A DNA stretch of 51,118 nt from Pseudomonadota bacterium (GTDB taxonomy: Bacteria; Bdellovibrionota; FAC87; UBA2466), in NCBI GenBank assembly GCA_031425635.1, contig JANPJT010000019.1:1-51118 (forward strand), in the 5' to 3' direction. Under the pieces are notes generated by a model. It was not told the DNA's origin and did not search any database. It saw only the letters and a program-made list of their open reading frames with translations. This document shows positions 20,889-28,683 of this stretch, one piece after another. Every line of letters begins with the position of its first letter. The stretch's first letter is position 1. A program made the translations under genes and the position numbers.

Positions 20889-20970
20889 CGCCGAAATGGC
20901 AAATAGGCAGCTAGAACGGGTTAGTGCGGCGTGACATGAGTCGAGCCTTCCGAGTAACGGTATTCAGATT

Positions 20971-21363
20971 ATGTTTGTCGTTAAGATTGCGTTGCGCCTC
21001 TTGCTTGCGGTGATTGGCCTACCCATCCGGTGGCTTCTGTCAGGGAGGTACGTCACCTCAAGTGGCTATGTCCGGACGAGGTCCCTTTCTGGCTACGAAC
21101 AGCTTGAGCACAGGCAGGTGGCTGAATCGATCTTGGGGCGCCAGCTAGAAACCTGGGAAGTCGTGCATCACATCAACGGCCGCAAGGCTGACAACCGGCC
21201 CGAAAATTTATGCGTGATGCATCACCTTGATCATGAGCGCTATCACGAATGGTACGACTGGATTTTTGAAACCTATGGCAATTACGCGCGGCGTGAAACC
21301 CAGTTGCGAAAGCTACGCGAAGACTTCAAGGGCATCGTACTGAGCGATTTTGCAGAAAAGTGA
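20971..21363 (+). CDS. HNH endonuclease with an N-terminal hydrophobic segment
   Basis: 130 aa. EHRQVAESILGRQLETWEVVHHINGRKADNRPENLCVMHHLDHERYH is an HNH motif. The N-terminus is MFVVKIALRLLLAVIGLPI. Confidence 0.8.
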   Translation: MFVVKIALRLLLAVIGLPIRWLLSGRYVTSSGYVRTRSLSGYEQLEHRQVAESILGRQLETWEVVHHINGRKADNRPENLCVMHHLDHERYHEWYDWIFETYGNYARRETQLRKLREDFKGIVLSDFAEK

Positions 21364-21587
21364 ACCTGGCAGAGAGTGCTTCAAAACCTTCCAAGAGCAA
21401 AAGCAAGTGGTTCCTTTAAAGAACCGTGAACTAGAACAGAATTGCATAAGAACGAATGACGGTAAGGTGCTATAGAACCCAGCAAAACGAAAAGATCGAG
21501 GCAAGAAATCGAGTTTTTGGCCCCTAACAATTAGCTTTTCGCTTGAATCCTTAATCAAGCGCAAGAGGGCCTGGGTCAGTTTCAATC

Positions 21588-23042
21588 CTATGAGACAAAA
21601 TCGTCTGAGATCCAGTTCGATATCGCTGTGGCAAAACCCATGTCTTTAGCTGACCAGGGCCGGCTTTGGTTCTGGAATTCCTCAGTCCAAAATTGAAGAG
21701 AGCCGCTGGGAGAAAGCCTTGGCATTCCCGTGCCGTCATAACTCTCCACGTTTGCCCTTCGCCACTGAAGCTCGACCGGAAAATTCTTCCGGAAAAATAG
21801 GATACAAAGTTTCTCGAATTTAACGATCATGACGCCGGAAATTTCTCCGAGTTCGGTTTGTGGAAGATGGTAGTCCTCGGCGAGTTTTGACGAAGAAAAG
21901 ATGGTGGCATCGGAAGATAAAATAGTTTTGAAAATCGTTTCTAATATTCCAGCGTTCGGGTATTCCCCAATACTCTTTAAGATTACTCCCTCATTTAAAA
22001 CCGCGACCCCGCAGTAGTTTAGAAAGTTTGTTAAATCGGGCAAGGCTGCCAGTTTTTCCAGGGAGGCTAATCGGTAAGGAGGAAAGCCGGTTTTCAGAAG
22101 CTCCCAAAGTTTTGATTCGGCATTTTTCGCAAGCAAATGATCTATTCGATAAAGTTCTACCGAAACCCGCTTAACTACGTCAATCAGGCGATTTAAAACT
22201 CTGGGATCAACGAAAATGGGATCTCTGTTGTGCAGGGTTAATAGAGCGGATAATTTACGTCCGCTGATGACCGAGAAAGAAAGCATCGATGCCGCCGACA
22301 TGTTCTGCATGTAAATGGTCAAGAAATTCGAAACTTCTCGAAGGAGCGAACGCGATAGGTCGATACTGACGGGACTTTCAATTTCGACGGGAACGCTGTG
22401 GCAATTTTGCTTAAAGCGAACTAACTGATTGAGGTAGAGCGCTCTCGCTTGGGCCGGAATGTCTTTATTTGAATAGTGCAATCCTTTAACCGCTTCCACC
22501 TTTCTGTTATTCGCCTCGGCGATGACCTCAATAAATTCTCCCTCGTGAAAAACTTGAAAAAACACTTGATCGAATCTCAGGTGTTTCTGAAAGAGATGAC
22601 AAACGTCATCTAAAAATTCTCCCCGATCTTTTACCGGAAAATGGAACTTGCTACCGAGTTGGTTGATTTCCAGCTCTAAAGCCGCTACGTCAATGGCGTG
22701 ATGGTCTTGTGGAAAGAACTCCACAAAAATAGCTTGGCCGCTCTTGCGCAATCCCACTAACCAATCTCCGTAAGGCTGAAAATGGGTCTCTTCCAACGGA
22801 AGATGAGAAGGGAGGCCTATAATCGCGTCCGATAATGCCGGAGCAATCGAGGCAATTTCTTTGCGAAGATAACCTTCATCGCTATGCGGTAAGAAAGTTT
22901 GTATGTTCTTCGAGCACGCAATGACGACTCCATTTTGGACGATCATCAGGGCGCCGTGGGACTGGATAGTTCCGGGTGTGGCAACAGGCTCTTTGTCGCA
23001 TTGCGTATAGTCAATGGCCGTGATTTCAGCGCGGGGACTCAT
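21588..23042 (-). CDS. bphP: Bacteriophytochrome photosensory core (PAS-GAF-PHY) with no output domain
   Basis: 484 aa. N-terminal YTQCDKEPVATPGTIQSHGALM carries the biliverdin-attachment Cys15 context. The GAF domain has DIPAQARALY (Asp194-Ile-Pro), and LREVSNFLTIYMQNM aligns to LRSVSPIHCEYLTNM of DrBphP. The PHY tongue-like motif is PRLSPSGSLQFWTEE...RPWS. The protein ends about 25 aa after the tongue, with no H-box or other effector. Its start overlaps the heme oxygenase stop (ATGA 23039-23042). Confidence 0.88.
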   Translation of the reverse strand: MSPRAEITAIDYTQCDKEPVATPGTIQSHGALMIVQNGVVIACSKNIQTFLPHSDEGYLRKEIASIAPALSDAIIGLPSHLPLEETHFQPYGDWLVGLRKSGQAIFVEFFPQDHHAIDVAALELEINQLGSKFHFPVKDRGEFLDDVCHLFQKHLRFDQVFFQVFHEGEFIEVIAEANNRKVEAVKGLHYSNKDIPAQARALYLNQLVRFKQNCHSVPVEIESPVSIDLSRSLLREVSNFLTIYMQNMSAASMLSFSVISGRKLSALLTLHNRDPIFVDPRVLNRLIDVVKRVSVELYRIDHLLAKNAESKLWELLKTGFPPYRLASLEKLAALPDLTNFLNYCGVAVLNEGVILKSIGEYPNAGILETIFKTILSSDATIFSSSKLAEDYHLPQTELGEISGVMIVKFEKLCILFFRKNFPVELQWRRANVESYDGTGMPRLSPSGSLQFWTEEFQNQSRPWSAKDMGFATAISNWISDDFVS

Positions 23043-23608
23043 GCAGCCTCCATCCAGTCAGAAAAAACCTCGAACGTTTGCACTGCCGCATTTACCATCG
23101 CTTCACGCTCACGATCCGTCGTAACGATTTGGGAACTTTGTCTTTTAAAGTCCTCCCACATCGGCCCGGTATCGGGTCCATAACACTCAAAAAAGCTCAG
23201 CCCTCTTTTGGTCCCAAGGGAAAGCGATTTTTTAAGTTGATTGGTAATAATCTGCCCTCCCAAGGTTGAACCTTCTAACACATAACAAACCCCCAGAGCG
23301 GAAGGTAGATTCGTAACCAAAGGCAAGCGGTGGCAGACCCTTTCCTCACGGAGAGGGAGTGAGTTCAAAAAAAGAAGATCATCCCGTAGCAAAGTGTGTT
23401 TTTCGCACCGGCTCTTTAACGTTTCAGTGGGGAGTTGTGGCCGTAAGTATGTTTCTACAGGCAAATAGAAACAATAAAAGTTCCGCAGTAACGTGAGGTA
23501 TTCATCGAGAGTGTAATCAGCAGCGAATAGTCTTTTCGCCCACGCTCCCTGCATGATTTTTCTATGAACCTCATCCGTCTCTAACTTAATTTCTGCGAAA
23601 AGTTCCAT
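23039..23608 (-). CDS. bphO: Heme oxygenase (BphO-type, biliverdin-producing)
   Basis: 189 aa. The proximal His context is LETDEVHRKI, the YVLEGSTLGG motif is present, and the gene lies directly upstream of bphP. Confidence 0.88.
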   Translation of the reverse strand: MELFAEIKLETDEVHRKIMQGAWAKRLFAADYTLDEYLTLLRNFYCFYLPVETYLRPQLPTETLKSRCEKHTLLRDDLLFLNSLPLREERVCHRLPLVTNLPSALGVCYVLEGSTLGGQIITNQLKKSLSLGTKRGLSFFECYGPDTGPMWEDFKRQSSQIVTTDREREAMVNAAVQTFEVFSDWMEAA

Positions 23609-23620
23609 ATTAGAAATTCG

Positions 23621-26074
23621 TCAAACCCTCGCTTGTCTAACTGTTGATAAGGCATGGGCGACGCTTTCGGAAAGCTCGTCACCTTCTTCATCAAGCACAA
23701 ATTCGTCTTTAGAAAAGTACCCAGTAAAGCCGTTATCTCGGTAAAACTCGCTATTTCCGTTTTTCTTATGGCCCGTGAAGGCTAGTATCGCCCCGCCGTA
23801 ACCTGACTTTCTTATTTTCTCGGTTGCTTGGATACCATTTAAAAAAGGCATTTCGATGTCCATGATGATGAGGTCGTAAATGCCCAAGGCCGCTTTCTCT
23901 ACGGCCACCATTCCGTTATGAGCAATTTCTACTTCTGCGCCCCACCTGTTTAATCGGTGCTTTAAAAGCACAATCATGTTGGGGGCATCGTCCACCACCA
24001 AGATTTTAACTCCGGTTAAACTCAGGGAGGGGACAGCCTGGAGCCCAAAACAAAAAGTCGATCCGACCCCTTCTTTAGATTCCGCCCAAATTCTGCCTTT
24101 GTGTCTTTCAATGATTTTTTTGCAGGTTGCGAGTCCAATCCCCGTCCCTGGGTATGCTTCGGGCCCATGGAGCCGGCGAAACATCATAAACACTTCCTCA
24201 ATGGATTCCTGAGCAAACCCAATGCCGTTGTCGGTAACCTTAAATATCCATTGGTCGCCATCCCGAACTGCGGAGACGGATATTTGGGGAGGGACTTCTT
24301 TCTTTTGAAATTTGATCGCGTTGCTCAGCAGGTTTTGAAACAAGCGAACCAGCTGAAAAGAATTACCCATCACCTTGGGTAAGGAACTAAACTGAATCTT
24401 AGCGCCAGTTTCCCCAATTCTATCTTTCAAGTTCGCAATCGCATCCTTTAAAACGCTATCCGTACTGATGGGGGCGAGTTCCACTGATGCCTGCGAATGG
24501 CGGGTATAGGAAAGCAAATCATCGACGAGATTATGGAGACGCTTAGCGCTGTCTACGGCGATATTCAAATATTCTAGGGCACTCCCATTGAGCTGACTAT
24601 GCGCTTCTTTTTTCAGTAACGTAAGAAAACCCGCAATGGATAGCAGAGGTTCCTTTAAGTCATGGGACGCGACCGACGCAAAGTGTTCAAGGGCATCGTT
24701 GGCCTCTTTCAGCGCGAGATTGCGGTCTTTCATCTGCTCGATGAGCTTTCGTTCAGTGACGTCTCTGATGGCTAGTACTTGGATGTGTCCCCGGTCACCA
24801 GATAAGGATCTGGTCTGAATTTCCGCCGGAAACGCGGCGCCATTCAGTTTTAAATTTAAAGTTTCAAAAGGTCTTCCATCATTAGATGCCATCTTGGACT
24901 TGGCGAAGTCGCGGTAGGTAGCTTCGACGAAATCCAAACAGTTTTTGCCCAAAAGTTGGGACTCCTCGCACCCATACATAGTAGCGGCGGCTCGATTGGC
25001 ATCGATGATCTGGTGGTCTTCGTGGACAAGAAGTCCTTCAAACGTAGAGTCAGCAAGCCGTTTGAATCTGGCTTCGCTCTCTTTAGCGGCCCTCTCCGCT
25101 TTTGACCTTTCCCATATTTCACGATTGAGTCGTAAATTGGTTTCAGAAAGCTCTTCGGTGCGCTCGCGCACGCGGTCCTCAAGCTGCAGGTGGGCTTTCT
25201 GTAAATTTTCCAGAAAGGATCTTCTTTCGAGAGCGTAACGCAGTACCCGCCAGATTGCCCGGCTTTCGGGCTGTCCTTTCAGCAGATAGTCTTGCGCCCC
25301 CTGGCGAATGGCTTCGCAAGCGACGGTTTCATCCGCAAGCCCGGTTAAAACGACTACCGGCACTCCTTGAGCATGGGGAAATAACGTTTCGAACGTATCC
25401 AAGCCTGCTGTTGTTGCTAGTCCAAGATCAAGAAGGATGATTTCAAATTTTTTTCGCCTTAAGACTTCAATGGCTGAAGTTAAATTGTCGACGACGTCAA
25501 TGGAGAGCGAAAGTTTATCCTCCTTAGCGAGGACCCTCTGTAAAAATTCCGCATCTTCCGGATCGTCTTCGATGAGCAAAACTCGGATGTTGTTTCCTTC
25601 TGCCTGCGTCGGAAGCGCCGGGAAAGGTACGGCAGTTAAAGGGGTGGGAGGGAGCTTAACCAAACTAAACCAAAAGGTTTCTAGCGCTTTTACGGCGGCG
25701 ACAAAATCCACGAACTCTCGCGGCTTAGTAATGTAGCAATTTGCCCCGGCAAAATAGCAGTCCGTAACATCCGAATCCGCCTTTGAAGTGGTGAAAATAG
25801 CGGCTGGAATCGACTTCAGGTTGTTATTGGATTTAATTTCTCGTAGAGCCCATCGCCCATCTTTTCTGGGTAAGTTCAGATCTAAAACAATTAGGTCAGG
25901 ACGCGTACTGGTAGTGTAATCACCTCGTTGGTTAAGGTAATCAAGCGCCTTTACCCCATCATCGACCACATTTAGGTGGTGGGGGATCTTGCCCCGTTTG
26001 AGAATTTCGGCAAACATTTCCGCGTCGTCGGGATCGTCCTCGACTAGTAGAATCTCTGCCGCGTTTTCAATCAT
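23621..26074 (-). CDS. Hybrid sensor histidine kinase, REC(Rcp1-like)-REC-PAS-HisKA-HATPase-REC
   Basis: 817 aa. REC1 is ILLVEDDPDDAEMF...RPDLIVLDLNLPRKDG...ANCYITKP (phytochrome-response-regulator type). REC2 is IRVLLIEDDPEDAEF...IILLDLGL. There is a PAS domain around FEGLLVHEDHQIIDAN, an H-box FASVASHDLKEPL, N/G boxes LLSNAIKF and DNGIGF...GTGIGLA, and a C-terminal REC3 KILVVDD...LIIMDIEMP. Confidence 0.9.
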   Translation of the reverse strand: MIENAAEILLVEDDPDDAEMFAEILKRGKIPHHLNVVDDGVKALDYLNQRGDYTTSTRPDLIVLDLNLPRKDGRWALREIKSNNNLKSIPAAIFTTSKADSDVTDCYFAGANCYITKPREFVDFVAAVKALETFWFSLVKLPPTPLTAVPFPALPTQAEGNNIRVLLIEDDPEDAEFLQRVLAKEDKLSLSIDVVDNLTSAIEVLRRKKFEIILLDLGLATTAGLDTFETLFPHAQGVPVVVLTGLADETVACEAIRQGAQDYLLKGQPESRAIWRVLRYALERRSFLENLQKAHLQLEDRVRERTEELSETNLRLNREIWERSKAERAAKESEARFKRLADSTFEGLLVHEDHQIIDANRAAATMYGCEESQLLGKNCLDFVEATYRDFAKSKMASNDGRPFETLNLKLNGAAFPAEIQTRSLSGDRGHIQVLAIRDVTERKLIEQMKDRNLALKEANDALEHFASVASHDLKEPLLSIAGFLTLLKKEAHSQLNGSALEYLNIAVDSAKRLHNLVDDLLSYTRHSQASVELAPISTDSVLKDAIANLKDRIGETGAKIQFSSLPKVMGNSFQLVRLFQNLLSNAIKFQKKEVPPQISVSAVRDGDQWIFKVTDNGIGFAQESIEEVFMMFRRLHGPEAYPGTGIGLATCKKIIERHKGRIWAESKEGVGSTFCFGLQAVPSLSLTGVKILVVDDAPNMIVLLKHRLNRWGAEVEIAHNGMVAVEKAALGIYDLIIMDIEMPFLNGIQATEKIRKSGYGGAILAFTGHKKNGNSEFYRDNGFTGYFSKDEFVLDEEGDELSESVAHALSTVRQARV

Positions 26075-26227
26075 TTTTCTCTTTCCACACCTAACCCAAA
26101 ACCACTCTCAGTTTATAACGCGGAGTGTAAGCTAGGGCTCCCATTGAAATCAAGGCATTTGAGCAATCCAGTTGGCCATTCAAGGCATGATTGATTCCGC
26201 ACCTAAAAAAACCAAAGAGTCCCCCCA

Positions 26228-27586
26228 TTACAAAAAAATGGATGGCAACGTAAAGTGAAATTCCGTCCCCGAGCCGGGTAGAGAGCTAGCCCATATTTTG
26301 CCACCAAAGCGGTCAACAACCTTCTTACAGATGGCAAGCCCGATCCCCGTTCCGGGGTAACTGGCTCTGGCATTTAGCCGCCTGAAAACAATAAACAACT
26401 GATCAAAATATTCTTCCTCAATTCCAATACCGTTGTCGCGCACCACAAATTCCCAATCACTTTGCCCGTTCTGGATCGCTCGGACCTCAACCTCGGGTGG
26501 GGTGCCTTCACGACGAAATTTGATAGCATTGCTAATCAGATTACTGAAAAGTTGATAAATTTCGGCTCGCGGTACGCAAACCTCGGGCAGCGCGCCGACA
26601 GTTACTTTGGCACCAGTAAGCGCAATAGTGTCAGATTGGTCGCCAATCGCACGCCCGAGAACTTGGTTTAGTGATTCCTTCTCCTCGTTTAGATTCTGCC
26701 GACCAATTCGCGAGTATAAAAGCAGATTGTCGATGAGTCCGGTCATGCGTTTCACGCCATCGGTCACTTTGCCCAGATAGCGAACGCCGAGTTCGTCGAC
26801 GCATGAACCATACGTCTCTACGAAGAGTCCGGTAAAATTGGTGACCTTCCGGAGAGGCTCCTGGAGATCGTGAGAAGCCACATACGCAAATTGTTCCAGC
26901 TCGAAGTTCGAATGAGCCAATTCGTTATTTGCTTTCTGCAAATTTTCTTCGTTTTGCAGCGAGGTCAGCAGATTGTTTTTAGCATTTGAATAAAGCTTGG
27001 TGAGTTCAGCTTTCTGCGCTTCGAGGTTCTGCTGAGTTGCGAGTGTCTCTTGCCGTGCCTTGATGGTTTCCGCTTCCAGGTGGATGCATCTAGCGGTGAG
27101 TTTTTTTATGAGCTCGGATTCACCCGCCTGGGCTGCCCGCAGTTCGCCAGGCGCAGCTGCATCCTCAATGTTTTGTATGATGTTCTGCACGGAATGGTCT
27201 GCCGCAAAAACAGGGATATGTGTGTACTTTAAGTGATTCACTCGAGGTTCTTCGGGGTCGGGTCCAGAACTTTCCAGTGTAGCCGCGCCCGCCACTACAT
27301 CGGGAACTTTATTTGCCAAAACGCGCTCAAGAGAATCTCGGAGATTCTTAGCCTCGGCCGGGCTCATACCAGGGAGAACGTTAAAGATACTTTGCCCTAA
27401 AATAACTTCTCGCTTGCCTTCGTTAGCGGTCAAGTAAGCGTCGCTAACGGCTATGATCTCAAACGCCTTATTCAAAACAAGGTATTGGTTGGGAACGCAT
27501 TCGAAAAGATTTTTAAAATTGACGTGCCCTGTCCCGGATTGGAATTTTTTTTGCCCGCCCTTGTATTGGCTGTGGACACTTCGCAT
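26228..27586 (-). CDS. PAS-domain sensor histidine kinase with phytochrome-type H-box
   Basis: 452 aa. N-terminal PAS (FKNLFECVPNQYLVLNKAFEIIAVSDAYL), a coiled-coil linker, H-box YVASHDLQEPLRKV, SNAIKF, DNGIGI and GTGIGLAICKK. Confidence 0.9.
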   Translation of the reverse strand: MRSVHSQYKGGQKKFQSGTGHVNFKNLFECVPNQYLVLNKAFEIIAVSDAYLTANEGKREVILGQSIFNVLPGMSPAEAKNLRDSLERVLANKVPDVVAGAATLESSGPDPEEPRVNHLKYTHIPVFAADHSVQNIIQNIEDAAAPGELRAAQAGESELIKKLTARCIHLEAETIKARQETLATQQNLEAQKAELTKLYSNAKNNLLTSLQNEENLQKANNELAHSNFELEQFAYVASHDLQEPLRKVTNFTGLFVETYGSCVDELGVRYLGKVTDGVKRMTGLIDNLLLYSRIGRQNLNEEKESLNQVLGRAIGDQSDTIALTGAKVTVGALPEVCVPRAEIYQLFSNLISNAIKFRREGTPPEVEVRAIQNGQSDWEFVVRDNGIGIEEEYFDQLFIVFRRLNARASYPGTGIGLAICKKVVDRFGGKIWASSLPGSGTEFHFTLPSIFL

Positions 27587-27945
27587 AATTGGGTACGCCT
27601 GACGTTCTTACTTAATCCGAGAACAAGCGGAGCAGAAGCTATGGTATCTCGAGAGCAGGCATAAAAACTTCGATAGCTTGCGGGCCGCACGTCCACGGAT
27701 ACTTTGTTTTACAATCCAAAAACAATCGCCACAGGGGTATAGGGGATGGAGGTCTAGGTCAATCCCCTTTAACGCGAATGGTCAAATAGGGCTTTTTCGT
27801 GGCGGGGGACTGGGATGCGATCCATCGATTTGTGCCTGGGTTGGACGTTAGAGGCATGAGAACCCAATTCTGTTTTACCTCAATGTAAAGGAATTGAATC
27901 TACGGCCTTCGGATTATGAGTTCGGGACCGCCAAGAAGGGATTTT

Positions 27946-28659
27946 CTACTGGGCGCCCGTTTTTCGCCAAACCACCAAGCGGCGTCGGTGTGGGGTGTAG
28001 GGAAGTGAATACGCTTGATCGAGCACCAGCTCGAACGAGTCTCCAAAGCGGGCGTGCACTTCTTCAATTTCGTCGTCGGTATTGGGGCCCTTCATGAAGA
28101 TGGCTTGGCCGCCGGGGACTAAGCTCGCGGAGGTCCTAAGGAGGGTCTTGTCCATGGTTTCCACGGCTCTCGTAATGACGCCTTGGACTGGTGTGGTGAA
28201 GCTGCTGCTCACTACGCGGTGTTCGAAAACTTCCGTGTGTTTTAAGCCTAACTCTTTAATGACTTCCTCTAAAAAAGCGACGCGTTTTGGTCGGGGCTCG
28301 GCCAAGATCATGTGGACGTTGGGGTAGCGGATCTTCAGCGGCACTCCGGGAAAGCCGGGGCCCGACCCTACGTCGACGAGAGGGGAGGGGAGGCGGATGA
28401 AGTTGCCCACAATCAAACAGTCGACGTAGTGCTTAATGACAATCGTCTCAAAGCCAATGAGCCGCGTGAGTTCATTTCCCACATTGCGGAGGCGCAGCAA
28501 ATTATGGTACCGCCACAGCTGCTTCAACTGGTCTTCGTTTAACCGAATGCCGGATTTACGCAGCATCGAGTCCATGGACTCCATCGAAGGGCCCGAACCA
28601 GCCGGTTTTCTTGCTGTGGTAGGACGTTTGGGGCCTTGGAAGTTCTTACGTGGGCGCAT
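27946..28659 (-). CDS. rsmG: 16S rRNA (guanine527-N7)-methyltransferase RsmG (GidB)
   Basis: NELTRLIGFETIVIKHYVDCL...VDVGSGPGFPGVPLKI is the RsmG signature. The start is uncertain (Met at 28659 or 28584). The longest ORF reaches 28728 and would overlap the divergent gene. Confidence 0.85.
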   Translation of the reverse strand: MRPRKNFQGPKRPTTARKPAGSGPSMESMDSMLRKSGIRLNEDQLKQLWRYHNLLRLRNVGNELTRLIGFETIVIKHYVDCLIVGNFIRLPSPLVDVGSGPGFPGVPLKIRYPNVHMILAEPRPKRVAFLEEVIKELGLKHTEVFEHRVVSSSFTTPVQGVITRAVETMDKTLLRTSASLVPGGQAIFMKGPNTDDEIEEVHARFGDSFELVLDQAYSLPYTPHRRRLVVWRKTGAQ

Positions 28660-28683
28660 GGCAGGAACCGTATAGCACAAGAC

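Noticed and set aside
19116-21363. Helicase plus HNH nuclease as a candidate anti-phage defence pair
   Set aside because: The helicase tracks E. coli RadD (YejH) motif by motif along its length, so it is a housekeeping repair helicase. The 82-nt gap and lack of coupling give no evidence of a two-gene system.
21364-21587. Degraded histidine-kinase remnant downstream of bphP, which would make it a truncated pseudogene
   Set aside because: The bphP reading frame carries multiple stops here, and in the frames I read (the bphP frame and the 90-aa ORF frame) there is no DHp/H-box-like peptide. A computed translated search is still advisable.
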